This document shows, piece by piece, positions 12,951 to 25,520 of a DNA stretch of 64,000 nucleotides. A program made the position numbers and the translations under genes. The notes below the pieces were generated by a model, which made no database searches, was not told where the DNA came from, and saw only the letters and a list, made by a program, of their open reading frames with translations. The DNA is taken from NCBI GenBank assembly GCA_050084985.1, contig JBITNC010000002.1, positions 19,840,001 through 19,904,000 of the forward strand, read 5' to 3'. This DNA comes from Nageia nagi. Its lineage: Eukaryota > Plantae > Pinophyta. Within the stretch, counting starts at the first letter, position 1. Each line of letters opens with the position of its first letter.

Positions 12951-14699
12951 CACTACTATAGAATGGGGCACATAGAATTATCTTTGAAGCTATATGGGAT
13001 TCTCAATCATTTAGGCAAATCATCATTAAAAAAATTTAACTTAGTTTCTACATGAACAAAATTGAAAAGGAACACTTCATTTTCCCAAGTTTGTACGTTG
13101 CAAGTAAGGAAGTGAAGACAAAGTAGATTGAAGCAATTTGGTACCATTCACACTCCTTCCATAGTTGAACTAAACAAATCAAAGTTTCTCTAAATTTATG
13201 TAGTATATTTTTTAATAGTTCTTTTCACTTAAAAATATCTCTCAAAGCTAGTCAGTACAACCTTGATGTAGTTTTTGCAAGTTTGTTTATATAGTCCTCT
13301 ATCTTACAATTGCTTAGTTTTTTATTTCCAACTGCAAAAGATAAATTATAGTATTTTGGCAAAATGCTCTATAGCTTGAATGTAAGGTTTGAAGTTCCTC
13401 AAAAACTCAACTTTTTTATTAATACAAAAAAATTATAATTCTTTGAAATTATTAAAAATTAAAAAAAAAATATTTTACAGAAAAATAGTTTTACATAAAA
13501 ACCTAGATTTAGATGGTCATTTTGCTAAATTTGTTGAGATCTTGGATTAAAAAAATTTACCCAAACCATATACAAATATAATTTTGAAACATTTATGATT
13601 TTGCAACTTTTAAAGTTGCATATTTTGATAAATATTATGAAAATGTTGTAGAAAATATTTTTAATGAATATATTTCAACAATTTGGTGACTAGTTTTATC
13701 ATAAAAACTTGCCAAAAGTATAGGTAATCATAGTACATAAATTTTTGAGAGTAATTTTTGGATTATTGCACACATTTTCATTAAGGATTAAATGTTGTCA
13801 ATTTTTCAAACAAAATATTTTTGCATAAATACCTAGATTTTAAAAATTAGTATCTTGAATTTGGGAAGTTCTAGCATCATAATACTTGCTTTGGATCATA
13901 GATATACATATTAGCAAGTTATTTTTAATTTTGTATGGTATACAGTTACACATATCATAATATTTCTTAAAGTTTCTTGAAAACTCTATATATTGCATTT
14001 ATCATGGCTACAAGAGGTTTCTTTTATAGATTATGGAATATGCTAGGTGATATATTTGAATTTCATCAACAAAATGAAATGCTTAAAGTAAATGATATGA
14101 TACCTATAGATAATCAAGAAAGTGATAATGATAGTAATAATGATGATTATATGGTTGAAGATAGATTATGAGGAATATTTAAATATTATTGCTATGAATA
14201 AGTTTGAGGCACATGATATTGCATTGTAAAATTTATCATTTCAAAATCTCAATTCAATAAAATTAAAGATCATATGTTAGCCAATCCTTATTTGATATTA
14301 GGAATTAATATATATCCTAATATAAATAAGAAATATCATGAATTATTTAAAAGAAAATATTTTATTAAAGAGCTAGAGTTATTATTAGAATACCCTTATG
14401 CAAGAAATCATTGTATGTAGAAAATTCAAAAAAAATATGCAATTAACAAGAACATTAGTATTATAGTTTTAAAAACAAAAATAGCTCAATTAGTACATAT
14501 TAGAGTTGGGATGGTTTAGGAATATCCTAGAATCTTAAGAAGCAACAACATTGATGGATTAAAACTTTGCAATCACAACATCAACATTATACATTTTATT
14601 CAATCATAGGCAACAAAAAAGGAAAATTTTGGTTATCAAGATACAAACAAACATGAATATGTTGTAATTTAGTTAAATCTAAGTTTATAAATAGGAAAT

Positions 14700-15758
14700 A
14701 TTATTTTTCTAAAGAAAATCAAATTAAGTTAGAAAACCTTAATCAAATTATGGAAGATGAAAACTTTAGTTTTCATATTAATCAACCATCATATCATGGA
14801 ATATAGAATAAGTATCAAAATAAAATCTCAATCAACCATCATATCAAATTCAAATTCAATGGTGTATTAATCAAATGGATCATGAATAAAATCAGCCTTA
14901 TATTTTGCAAAGCAATTTTATCCCAAATCAAGCATTGAATCAACTATTATGGAAAAGCTTTCAAAAATACTTTCAACCAAGTTACCAAAATAAAATCATG
15001 GAAAATCAACAACCTCTAACTATGAATGATGAAATTATAAACAGGTTATAAGATATGAAGCTTAAAATCAATAATCAAGGATAAACCAAGATGTCTTATC
15101 ATATGATTGTCAATGAACCAATCAATCCCATGATTCCAATCAAGTCATTTCCTTACAATTTTATAGTTCCTTATATTGAAAACTTTAAATGTAAGGAGGA
15201 TGTAAGGGAACATTTTAAAAAATTCAAGTATTCTTGCTACATCATATTTAATAATGATGTTTTGATGCTTTGAACCTTTCCAATGACTCTTACTCTTACA
15301 GACCAAGCATTGGATTAGTACATCAATTTTTCTAAACATAACATTTATTCATTTGAATAATTGGAAAACTTATTATTAGATCAGTTTTCTATTAAATATA
15401 AGAAATAGGCAATCTATTACAGATTTGAATAAACTATCATAATTTGATGATGAATCTATCAATGACTATGTATCATGTTCAAGAATATTAATAACAAATT
15501 TGGTTTACACTTTACCACTAGATGACCTTGTGAGGATGTTTAACAAAAGTTTTAAAAATCCTATATCATTTATTTTAGAAATATAACAACATAATTCATT
15601 TGAATAGGAGTTGGTACAAGCTAAAATCCTTAAGTAAGTTAAGCTCCATTCAAGTGAAATCAAACTATAAAAGAAAAATAATGATCAAAAGCATAACAAT
15701 GGTGGAAATGAAAATAATCAATCTTATCAAAATATATAATCAAATCAAGTATCATATT
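14700..15758 (+). pseudogene. Ty3/gypsy gag remnant (5' part, split by the Sola2-like element)
   Basis: PYIENFKCKEDVREHFKKF...ML*TFPMTLTLTDQALD*Y...IYSFE*LENLLLDQF, a retrotransposon gag pattern. Gln/Asn-rich sequence resumes after 26594. Confidence 0.7.
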
Positions 15759-15828
15759 TGGTAAGTGTCCAAAGTTGAGTCCCACTTTGGAGGAATTAAT
15801 TGTAACTTAATTTTTTTATCATGGGCTT

Positions 15829-15960
15829 GAGATCCTAGGTACAACCCCAAGATCCCAATTAGGCTCACGATTCTAAGCCTAGCTAGGATCTCAAGGGTCA
15901 AGATCCCAAGGTTTGAGATCCTAAGGATCATGATCCTGACACCTAGGATCCTAGGGTCTA
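15829..15960. repeat. GATC-rich subterminal repeats (GATCCTAG/GATCCCA/GATCTC)
   Basis: Clustered GATC motifs near the left end. A similar cluster lies at 25692-25762 and in the MITE at ~39650-39700. Confidence 0.65.
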
Positions 15961-16189
15961 AATATAAATAGTTATAAATTCCCTCACAATTTGATTACAA
16001 TCATTTTTAGCTATGAATGTTGCATGTTGGTGATGCCTAAGATTTCAGGATTCGCAATCCTGATCTTAGAAGTTCTAGTTTTCCCTCTAGCTTATCCCTG
16101 TAGTGACCTCCATCATTCCCCCTTCAAGGTATGCCTTGGAATATCTCTTCTAGTTTATTTTTTGAAAAAAAAATATTTTTTTTATTTAT

Positions 16190-17060
16190 ATTAAGGGTTT
16201 GGGTAAAAATAAAAAGGGTTTTTCTATCTAATTTAAGGGTTTTTTGGGCCAAAATGAATGTTTTCATGTAAATTAGGGGTTTTAGGGGTTTACTATTCAT
16301 AAATAATGATTATTATTGGGTTTACTAAGTTTATATTAAATTTAAAAATAATAAAGTATGTTTTATGTTATTAATTTCTAAAAAAATAGATATTATATTA
16401 GATATAAAGCTTTGATTATACATGTTTTAGATTAAATTGATTATTTATATTTTAGATTAAATTGATTATTTATATTTTAGATTAAATTAATATTGATTGT
16501 ACATGCGTTAGATTGTATATTTTATATTAAATCTTAAACCCTAAAAATCTTACTCAAAACCCTAAACCCTTAAAGTCATAAACCCTAAACCTTGAAAATT
16601 TTACTCAAACCTCTAAACCCTTAAAACACTAAATCTTAAATTTGTAAAATCATAAACCTTGAAAATCTTATTCAAAACCCTAAACCCTTAAACTCATACA
16701 CCCTGAACCCTAAAAAATCTTACTCACAATCCTAAACCTTAAATTTATAAAATCATAAGGCTTAAAAATCTTACTCAAAACCCTAAACCCTTAAACTCAT
16801 AAATGCTAAACCTCAAAAATCTTCCTCAAAACCTTAAACCCTTAAAACCATAAATTGTAAAATCATAAACCCTAAAAATATTACTCAAAACCCTAAACCC
16901 TTAAACTCATAAATAATAATTTTTTCACATATTTTGGTAATCAAGGTAAAAATCCTATAATATTGAGCTTAGAGGACCCATTAAAACCCTAAATATTAGA
17001 CCTATAAACCTTGAATCCTAAAAATCTTACTCAAAACCCTAAACCCTTAAAATTTAAAAC
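16190..17060. repeat. Telomere-like (TTTAGGG/CCCTAAA, telobox) arrays plus a 25-bp minisatellite
   Basis: G-strand variants at 16190-16325. TTGATTATTTATATTTTAGATTAAA tandem at 16412-16490. Repeated AAAATCTTACTCAAAACCCTAAACCCTTAAA units at 16530-17060. Confidence 0.85.
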
Positions 17061-18142
17061 CCATATATCATAGGAAAATAATCCCCTATATAATCCATTT
17101 TCAATCCATCCTTTAAGATTATTCTACCTTGATTTGCATACATAATTCTATAAAATCCCCTAATATTGAGCTTAGAGTCCTTCACAACTTACATTATGAT
17201 ACTCCTTATCACACCCCTCTTAAAATTGATCTTCTTACTTTCAATTGATCTTCTATATTAATCTTTTTTAATCACTTCATACTATGATTTGACTTACACA
17301 TCTAACAAATATATCCTAATGTAGCTTTTACTTACATGGTTCTTTAGGATGAGGGGCCTTCTCCAAATATAGTTAAGATATTAGGAGTTTTATGGTTATT
17401 TAGGGGCCTTTTCTTATGCAAATGGGGGCTTATTTTTATCCTCTTACTTCTTTTGTAGAAAATGAAAATCAAGGTTATCCTCTAGATAGCTTATGGACCT
17501 CTTCATGAAAAAATTATAAATTCATTAGGATCCCATAGTATTTAGGGAAACTCAAATTCATCACTTAGGAACATCATGTTCTTATAAATATGTTCTAATA
17601 CTTATAAATTATAAGATAACTCAAATTCATCACTTAGGGGTTTATTTCTCTTGCATTTTCTCACCTATCCTTCTCATCTTAGTGTTAAGGATAGATCTCC
17701 CACCATATAATAACATGATTAAGCATTTCATATTTATCATTTCTAATAACATTGATTTTGAAAGAGAAACAATGTAAGGCAATACCAAACATGAATTTAC
17801 ATAAGGGTCTTTATTGTTCTTAAATTATGACCAACCTTAATTTCCATTTTTAACTTCTTAGTTTTTTCATTTGCCAACCTATTACCATTTTTAACTTCCT
17901 TGAAGCATATTTCCTTCCTCTATCAAAACTCACTCATACTCTTAATGATTTACAATCTTTTTAGGTTATTATTTCATGTTGCTTGTTTAAAAGGTTTGAA
18001 CTATTACATGTATGTTTGATGAATATTTTATTATTAACTCAATTTAATGTTTTCTAGATTTGAACTAGATTATTATGACTTATAGATCTTTAAATTTAAT
18101 ATAGTTATATTTATTCTTAGAACTCATTGTTAATTCATGCAG

Positions 18143-19800
18143 GTGAACTTTTGTATATGTCCATGAAAACCCCCATTACTTGAGGATGCTTGCTTGTGAG
18201 AAAATATAGTTGAGAACATCACCTCTATTTAGGGTATAATTTAGGAGATGTTTCATCATAAGGTTATCCCCCCTGCATCTTACATGGTTTGCAATTTTAA
18301 TGCAAATTATAGTTGATACAGTTGCATCCATATATCATACCATAGGTGATTTCCAATCACATAGAGAGGAGAGGAGGAGGTATTATACTGATGGCCTATC
18401 CCATAGACAAATTGATGAGACTTATAGCATTACAAAAGGAGATTTACATCAATATTTTAGCTATCCTAGAAATGGAGAACCAATGGCACCCACCCAAAAG
18501 AGAACTTCTATTTTTTGGTTTAGGCATGAGGGGATCATTACATATATTTAGGAATGATGGTGGATTATATTTAATCATCCACCATATAATGGTGGTAGTG
18601 AAATACCCTTTTATTTAAATAAATTTTTATGGGTGGATTTTTTTATTGGGAAAAAACCCAATTATTTTGATATTCATGAATTTCATGGTGTTGGTATGGG
18701 TAGTTCACATCAAAGGTTGGGGGCATGGCTTGATCCTAGATGATCTTCTCATGCTACACATCTTGTTATTCCTCTTAGATATTTTGTTCCCACACATGTC
18801 CATCATACAACCATGGTTTTTTCCCTTGGATCATTGAGTCATCTTACAACAAACCTCACTGCACAAGCTACTAATGTGGCAGCTAAGTTTGATGAGGTTA
18901 GAGGTGATGGCTTAGGACCTAGTGGAGTTGGTGGGACTAGCATCTTACCTAGGATATTTGCACTTTATATATGTATCATTTTCCATGCGATATTTCATGG
19001 ATCATCCACACCATCATATTCAAGAGGATTTATGCATTTATTATTTGGTGATATTGATCATGAGGCATATAGGCATGGATCTGCATCTTTGGGTGATCAA
19101 GGTTAGCATATTGATTTCCTTGTAAGAAAGATGCATGAGACACCTTTCAACCCATACATGGTATGTATTAAATAATGTTTATAAGTTAGAATTTCAAATG
19201 TAGATCAAATTGTAAAAAATTTAATAATTTGAATATTTATATATATGTACTTATAGGTTGAACACACTTTTACGATGCAGGATATGTTTGTTGATACCAC
19301 TTTTACTAGCGAGGCATATGGGTCACATGTTTATTCTATAGTGGTTGATCCTTCAACCTATTAGAATCCATTGATGGTAATTTATAATGCATTTTTTTAT
19401 TAAGTTTCTGGTAGATGTGGTTATAAATTTATAATGATTAAGTTTAATTTTTTTAATTTTCTTTTGATCTCTTCTAGATCTTGGTTAACACTCTTTTTTC
19501 TCAAGAGGTATATGAATCATCAGAGTGGCCTATTATGATTGAGCCTTTAGTTTCTCATGAGTTGCATGGCTCATCAAAGTGTCCTACAATGGTTGGCCCT
19601 TCAATCTCTTAGCATGATATCATGGTAATTTATAATGCATTTTAAAATTTAGTGTACATACATTTTGTATGATAATTTATCATTATTAAGTTGAATTAAC
19701 TCTAAGTTTATTTATGTTTTCATAGTAGGGGATAGTTCTATGTGATACATAGCATGGAATGAAGAGGATTCTTGACTATCATCCTTCACCTAGTTAGGAC
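18143..19800 (+). pseudogene. Intron-containing cargo gene A of the Sola2-like element, unknown product
   Basis: Near-continuous frame GDFQSHREERRRYY...WWIIFNHPPYNGGSEIPFYLNKFLWVDFFIGKKPNYFDIHEFHGVGMG. GT-AG introns at 19161-19256, 19377-19477 and 19625-19725; acceptor at 18142. Confidence 0.6.
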
Positions 19801-20159
19801 TAGTTTGGTAGATAGATAGATATAGGTGGATGGATTTATAGATGTCCATTTTTATTTTATGAGTACATTTGGACTAGATGGAGTATATATATAATCTTAT
19901 TATTTTGATACTAGTACATGTCACATGTGTGGATTCCTATTTTAGATTATAACTGATATACATATTTATATTTTATCTACATTGATGGATGTTGATGGAT
20001 TGATATACATGAATAGAATTCATAAAGCTAACTTATATTATCATTTAAATAAGGTACCCCACTACCAATCAAGCACATTAAACTATGAAATTAACCTTAA
20101 ATGATCTTGGAAGGGTTATGTTTGAGTGGTGATCAATTTGGAGGATGTTTTGATGTTTA

Positions 20160-20230
20160 GTTTGTGAGGTTTAGGGTTAATATTTAGTTTAAATAGCTAG
20201 GGTTAGGGGTTAGTGTTTAGGGTTATGCTA
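20160..20230 (+). repeat. Short TTTAGGG/TTAGGG-like cluster
   Basis: GGTTTAGGGTT, TAGGGTTAGGGGTTAG and GTTTAGGGTT; followed by a GGGGAA tandem at ~20301-20348. Confidence 0.7.
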
Positions 20231-20362
20231 AGACCATAAAATATTTTTAGCTAAACTCATTTTTTTAACTCTTTATTTTTTTAACTATTAAATTGTTAAA
20301 GGGGAGAAGGGGAAGGGGAAGGGGAGGGGAATAACTTGGGGAAGGGGAATTGATATTATATA

Positions 20363-20802
20363 TGATGAAATCAACCCTTTCTAAATTAACTTCTAGTCTA
20401 CCAAGATCTCAAGAAGATAGTCACAACATCAACACAATAGTATAATAACACAAGCTAATATATTAAAGAACACAAGATATAAAGTGGTTCCTCCCTCCTT
20501 GAGAGTACATCCACTAGCCAAGATCTTCTTATTCTTAAGGACCTCTCTTACAGAATCTCTCCTTTCTCTCCAAACCCTAAACCTATAGCATAGCTTGCTT
20601 CTAAGTTACATTATGAGAGGGGGTACCTCTCCATTTGTAAAATCAAACCCAATATTTAACCTTCCTTTTACTCAAGGTTAAGGTTAAATATTTTTCCATA
20701 TTTATTCCCTTAATGCTTTAAGGTATCTAAAGATACTTTAAGCATTAGGTGAATTTATATTAAAGAGAAATATTACATAATATAACATTACAAATTCTAA
20801 CA
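20363..20802 (-). mobile_element. Solo LTR (copia-like), 440 bp, nested in the Sola2-like element
   Basis: TG...CA termini with a perfect 5-bp TSD ATATA. Contains AACACAAGATATAAAGTGGTTC...GTACATCCAC, typical of a reverse-oriented copia U5. Confidence 0.85.
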
Positions 20803-21029
20803 ATATATTAGATGTATTTCCTCACATAACAAATAACTAATTATCCCACATATCATAAATCAATATATATATACATAATTCAAATATAAATATCAACAAA
20901 ATATATCCTTAAAATAAATATCATCATACAATATATATAGGTCATAAATATATCATATTCATGATTCTAGGTACAAATCCAAAATGATAGGTGTGCCAAG
21001 ATACATTGTGTAATGATTCAAAATAATGA

Positions 21030-21792
21030 TGTACTTTTGTGAGTCCTCTTCTTACAAATGTTAATTAAATTTGCATGGGAATGTGAGTGAAATATATATA
21101 ACATAATTGGGGTTGATAAATGCATCACATGAGGATTAACATAGGCATGCTAAGTAAGGTGGTTGGTGCATGTGATATCAAGTCCTATGCTAACTCTGTA
21201 ACAATGAAACATATCAAGATATGAACAATCATTAATGAAAGGGACCCATGGATGATGGGGATTATCCTCCACTCAAAATTTAATTTTTTAACTACCTAAC
21301 TCTCAAGGTCATGTAGTTGTATTTTCCAAATGATGAGCACCATGACAAGGTAGAAATGCACTGAGCCTAAAATTAGGGAATCATGTTCAATGGGGGAATC
21401 ATAAGCTTTGTTAAGGATCTTTATGGATATAACCCAAAGTGATCTAGGTAGCTATAGACTCTTGATATAAAGGTCAGGTTTAGGTTGATGTAAATCACTT
21501 CTATATCACTATAAAATTGATCTTATAGGCTATGGGGATGGCCAATGTTGGGGTCAAGCATTGTAGGAACATTTGTTCTACCATTAAAGAGGTCCAAACC
21601 TTCCTCTATCCTAGTGATCCTATTACCAAGAGAAGGGTATCTACCTATATAGTGTTTGATATTCCATACCCATCAAATGAAGTCTCCAAGGCATTGGTTA
21701 GACTCTTCACTCTAGAAGGAAGACACACATTACTGGCTTTCATTTTCTCTTATTGGCCCACTTCAAAGAAAATCTATAGGTAAATCTTCCAT
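21030..21792 (-). pseudogene. Possible decayed cargo ORF B, unknown product
   Basis: MEDLPIDFL*SGPIRENESQ...WVWNIKHYIGRYPSLGNRITRIEEGLDLFNGRTNVPTMLDPNIGHPHSL...; stops are mostly explicable by C>T or G>A. Confidence 0.4.
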
Positions 21793-21920
21793 GTTTCTTA
21801 TATCATTCAATAAATTCCTATATTTTTAGGAATAGGGGATAATTGCCCCTCCATCGAGGATTAATTAAAAATTTGATCATCTATGCTACGAGGGTAGCAT
21901 ATCGAATCATTCCATTAAAA

Positions 21921-22817
21921 ATGGCTCCTCCATAATTAAATGCAATTGATTCATTGCCTAATCAATTGAATTTTTCATCCCCACCTCTGGCTCTAGAGAA
22001 TGTCAAATTTAAAAGCCCATCCCCCTTAAAGATGGTTGTAGAACCAACAGAAGAGTCCTAGCCAATACCAATTAAGATCTTTGATGACTTGAAATCCTCA
22101 AAGTTAGTGGATTTTGAATATGAGGCCTTGAATATTATAGAGGATAATTTTTCCAAGGACATTCTGAAGGAGAATTCAACCTCAAATTCTATGGATATTG
22201 ATTATGAGTCTTCAAAGATGATGGAGGATATTTCATCAAAGGAGAGAATAGGGGAGCATTTTGCCTTAGAGTCTATGGATGAGGTTTTTCCTTTAGATAT
22301 TATAGAGGAAACCTTTTCTACTTTGGAATAACACCCATATATAGAGATTGTATAGGATCCTATACCTATGATGGAGGAGACACTACCCACAATGCCTGAA
22401 GAGGCACCTCAACCTATAGTAGATGATGCCCTAGAATTGAAAATTCTAGTAGCTATAAATGAAAAGGATCTAGGGCCACCTCAGCTGGTGAGAAGTAGCT
22501 TTGACTAGAAAATGCCTTTCAAATTCATCTTAAACATCATTGATTGTAGAAATTTATAAGAATGGGATAGTATCATGACATTCAAGATGGCAATACAAAA
22601 ACATTGGGATGATAATTTTGAGATCAAAAGAAAAAAATTTGAAGCCTTCATAGCCATTCAATGTGAAGAAATTCCTAAAGCTATCCTAATTCACATTGAT
22701 AAGGGCTTCACAAAAATAGAGCTAGCAATCTTTTGGTTAGCTTTTGAAGTACACAAGAAATCCCTAGGGATCCTCAAGATCAGACCTTGAATGAACATGC
22801 TCTTTTATAGGTGTTAG
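21921..22817 (+). pseudogene. Decayed cargo ORF C (~300 codons, acidic linker plus helical C-terminal domain)
   Basis: The ATG at 21921 and ORFs 22089-22331 and 22575-22790 are all in one frame with no frameshift, only isolated stops. Confidence 0.6.
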
Positions 22818-23069
22818 ATCCTATGAAGGAGGAAGAAGATTGATATCACATGAGAAGCCTTTATGTTTGACCCTTTTTGTTCAAAAATTGTATTGAATAT
22901 CCACATGTTGAATATCTAAATGTAAGATAGGTTTTGTAAGCCTTGTATAAATAATCCCCTTTAATAAACTTATCCTTACCAAAATATATATATATATATA
23001 ACATAATTGTATTTAATTTAGAAAATTCATATAATTCCTTGTTTAATATTACCTTTATTTTTCAATACA

Positions 23070-25520
23070 TTATACAATCTACATCCTCTCTTTTTTACAA
23101 TGAATCTATAATCATCTCATGGTCATCCAATGAAAGGGTGCACAACACTCTATTAGCAGGCTTCCTTTTATATTTGAATAGTTTGATATTTCTTACCAAT
23201 ATAAAATGCAAGTAATGTAAAATCTTCTTAGTTATTTCATAATATTTGAATGCAGGTAAAACTAGTTACTAGCCTAGTAGGATATTTTCATAGCCATATG
23301 CCAATAACCACCATAGAACTTGTTGGATATAACCATGATTTATCCATCATTATCAAAATTTGAAAGATAATTATAATTAGTATAAAGAAATGTCTAGAGA
23401 GTAAATAATAAGCTAGCTTGAGAAATACATATATACGAACCTATTGGATAAAGAAATCCATCATCGTCACATCGAGGTTGAGTTAATTTATATTTTTTCT
23501 CAACATATCGAGCTACCCAATACCCTCTTCATTCCCTTTAGGTACAACAACTGCATACACATTTCATATAAACAAAATTTATATCAATAAAATGTTAAAT
23601 GTATAAAACTAACATAATATATATTAAAATGTACATTTTTAAGAATATAAATAAATTGAATTTAAATTACCTTCTTGTACAAGGTATGAAATATGATCAT
23701 ATTCTTCTGATACTAATAGTTCATCTTCAATTATTATTTCTTGTTGATCATCATAGGCTTGTGAAGGTGTCAAAGATCTTTGTTTCCATTCCTCATCCCA
23801 TTCTATATTTCCACATGATTATGAATCACCTATAATATAAGTCTCATAAAAATATGCAAGCTCCCTTATCCATATAGTCCAAGTGCTTGCTTTTGAACTC
23901 CTAAATAAAAGCCACTTTGTTGATCCATTGATTGTATCATAATCAAGATGATTCAAAATATTATCTTCTTCAACTAACCAAAAGTATTGTTGAATTGTAT
24001 AATTCTCACTTGATCTTGTAGATAATGTTGCACTACACCATTCCACAATCTCATAAGTATATGTAAATTTACTTACATGACCAACTTTCAGTTGCTCTCT
24101 AGGGAGAGCTCTTTTAACACATGCACTTGTTGCATCATGTTCTCCTTTACAATGTGTTATTCAATAAAACTCATATATGTTCAATATTTTTTTCTTTTTG
24201 AACCCTACTTAGCTAATAAAACATTTGTGAATTTTTTAACTATGTAATATAATTATCTAACCATATGAAATATTTTTCCATATGAATTCCTCTTTCATTC
24301 AAATTATTGTAAAATACCTTAAAACAATGTTGGAAAAACTCTAATGAGTATAATTGATTATCACTCATATAGAAATGGTACACCCTCAAAACTTTTCTTT
24401 TATTTAGTACTATCATCTACATGTCTATATACAATATGGATGAAAATGGCAACTTGAACTAAATTATAATATTGTGATTGAATTTTTTTTTATGGTTTAA
24501 GACTATAATTTTTGGCAAAGTTAACAATTGATAATATAGTTCCAACTAGAAATGTGTTTCTACATTGATGGAATTGACTATTAATCCATCTAGCATTTTG
24601 GGAGTGTTTCACATATTTTGGTAGATACTTATCTTAAAATCAATCATGAATGTATGTACTTTGATGCTTTCAGTGATCAAATTAACACTCTTTCCAATTT
24701 TTCCATATTTGAAATCATACACAACATCCTTGAATATTCTACCATCCACATCTTGTTATACTCTGAATTTATGCATACTAATTTCATGCATACAATCTCC
24801 TAGTAATGAAATGTTTTGACATCTATCACATTATCCTGTAACACATGCATTTGAATAAAATGATTGGGCATGAGAAGGTGGACAAAGCAAACTTGCTATA
24901 AACTCCTTGATGGTTTTAGGTGGTATATGAATACCACATTCTTGCCTCAAATCATTAGTATTCAATTTCCCACATATGTTTCAAGAACCACCATAATAAT
25001 ATTGAAATCACATATGAGTTTTGTAATAACATGTTACTCTTTCCTTGTTAATTTTGGCATACCAAGATTTGCACTTCTCAAATAATCTTTGACTTATTTC
25101 AATATTAAATGGTTGTATTACTCCCTCTTCTCCAAATTGTTGATACAAATCAATTTGAGTAATATCTACTAGGTGTTTTGGATGAGATTCACAATCTTTT
25201 AACCCAAGTTTTAATTTCAAAACATCTCTACAATGTGGTGATACTCTTGTTCTATTATGCCAAAATATTTCAATTATATCCTTGATATCGCTAGTCAATT
25301 TTATGTCATACCTTGGGATTCTACCACTATAACTCCAATATTGGTTGATTGAATCACTTTTAATACTTTATCTTCTCTTTACATCCATTTGCACAATTTT
25401 AATTTCCTCAAACATGTTCTTCTCTCTCTTTTTCATTATGCATCCCTCTCTTTATATGTTTGTTCTTGTTCAAGTGTAAAGTACCTCTAATCTTTCCTTG
25501 ATGTTTTTTTGATCCCATGA
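23070..25520 (-). pseudogene. Sola2-like DDD transposase with 3' introns
   Basis: FWHNRTRVSPHCRDV; CVTG*CDRC; TILSIVNFAKNY (24505-24522, decayed DFAENY); QSQYYNLVQVAIFIH; HFYMSD; IWLDNY (~24255); HCKGEHDATSACVKRAL (24105-24154); WTIWIRELAY. GT..AG intron at ~23670-23555. Confidence 0.82.

Noticed and set aside
13060-13975. Possible additional TIR element (AT-rich, resembles Sola terminal regions)
   Set aside because: No convincing TIR pair or TSD could be fixed by eye.
16530-17060. True telomere or CRISPR-like repeat-spacer array
   Set aside because: Units are degenerate, the intervening sequences are related to each other rather than unique spacers, the context is eukaryotic, and the array is internal to a TE.
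21030-21450. Ulp1/C48 protease as ORF B product
   Set aside because: The catalytic HW and QxNxxDCG motifs are not visible.
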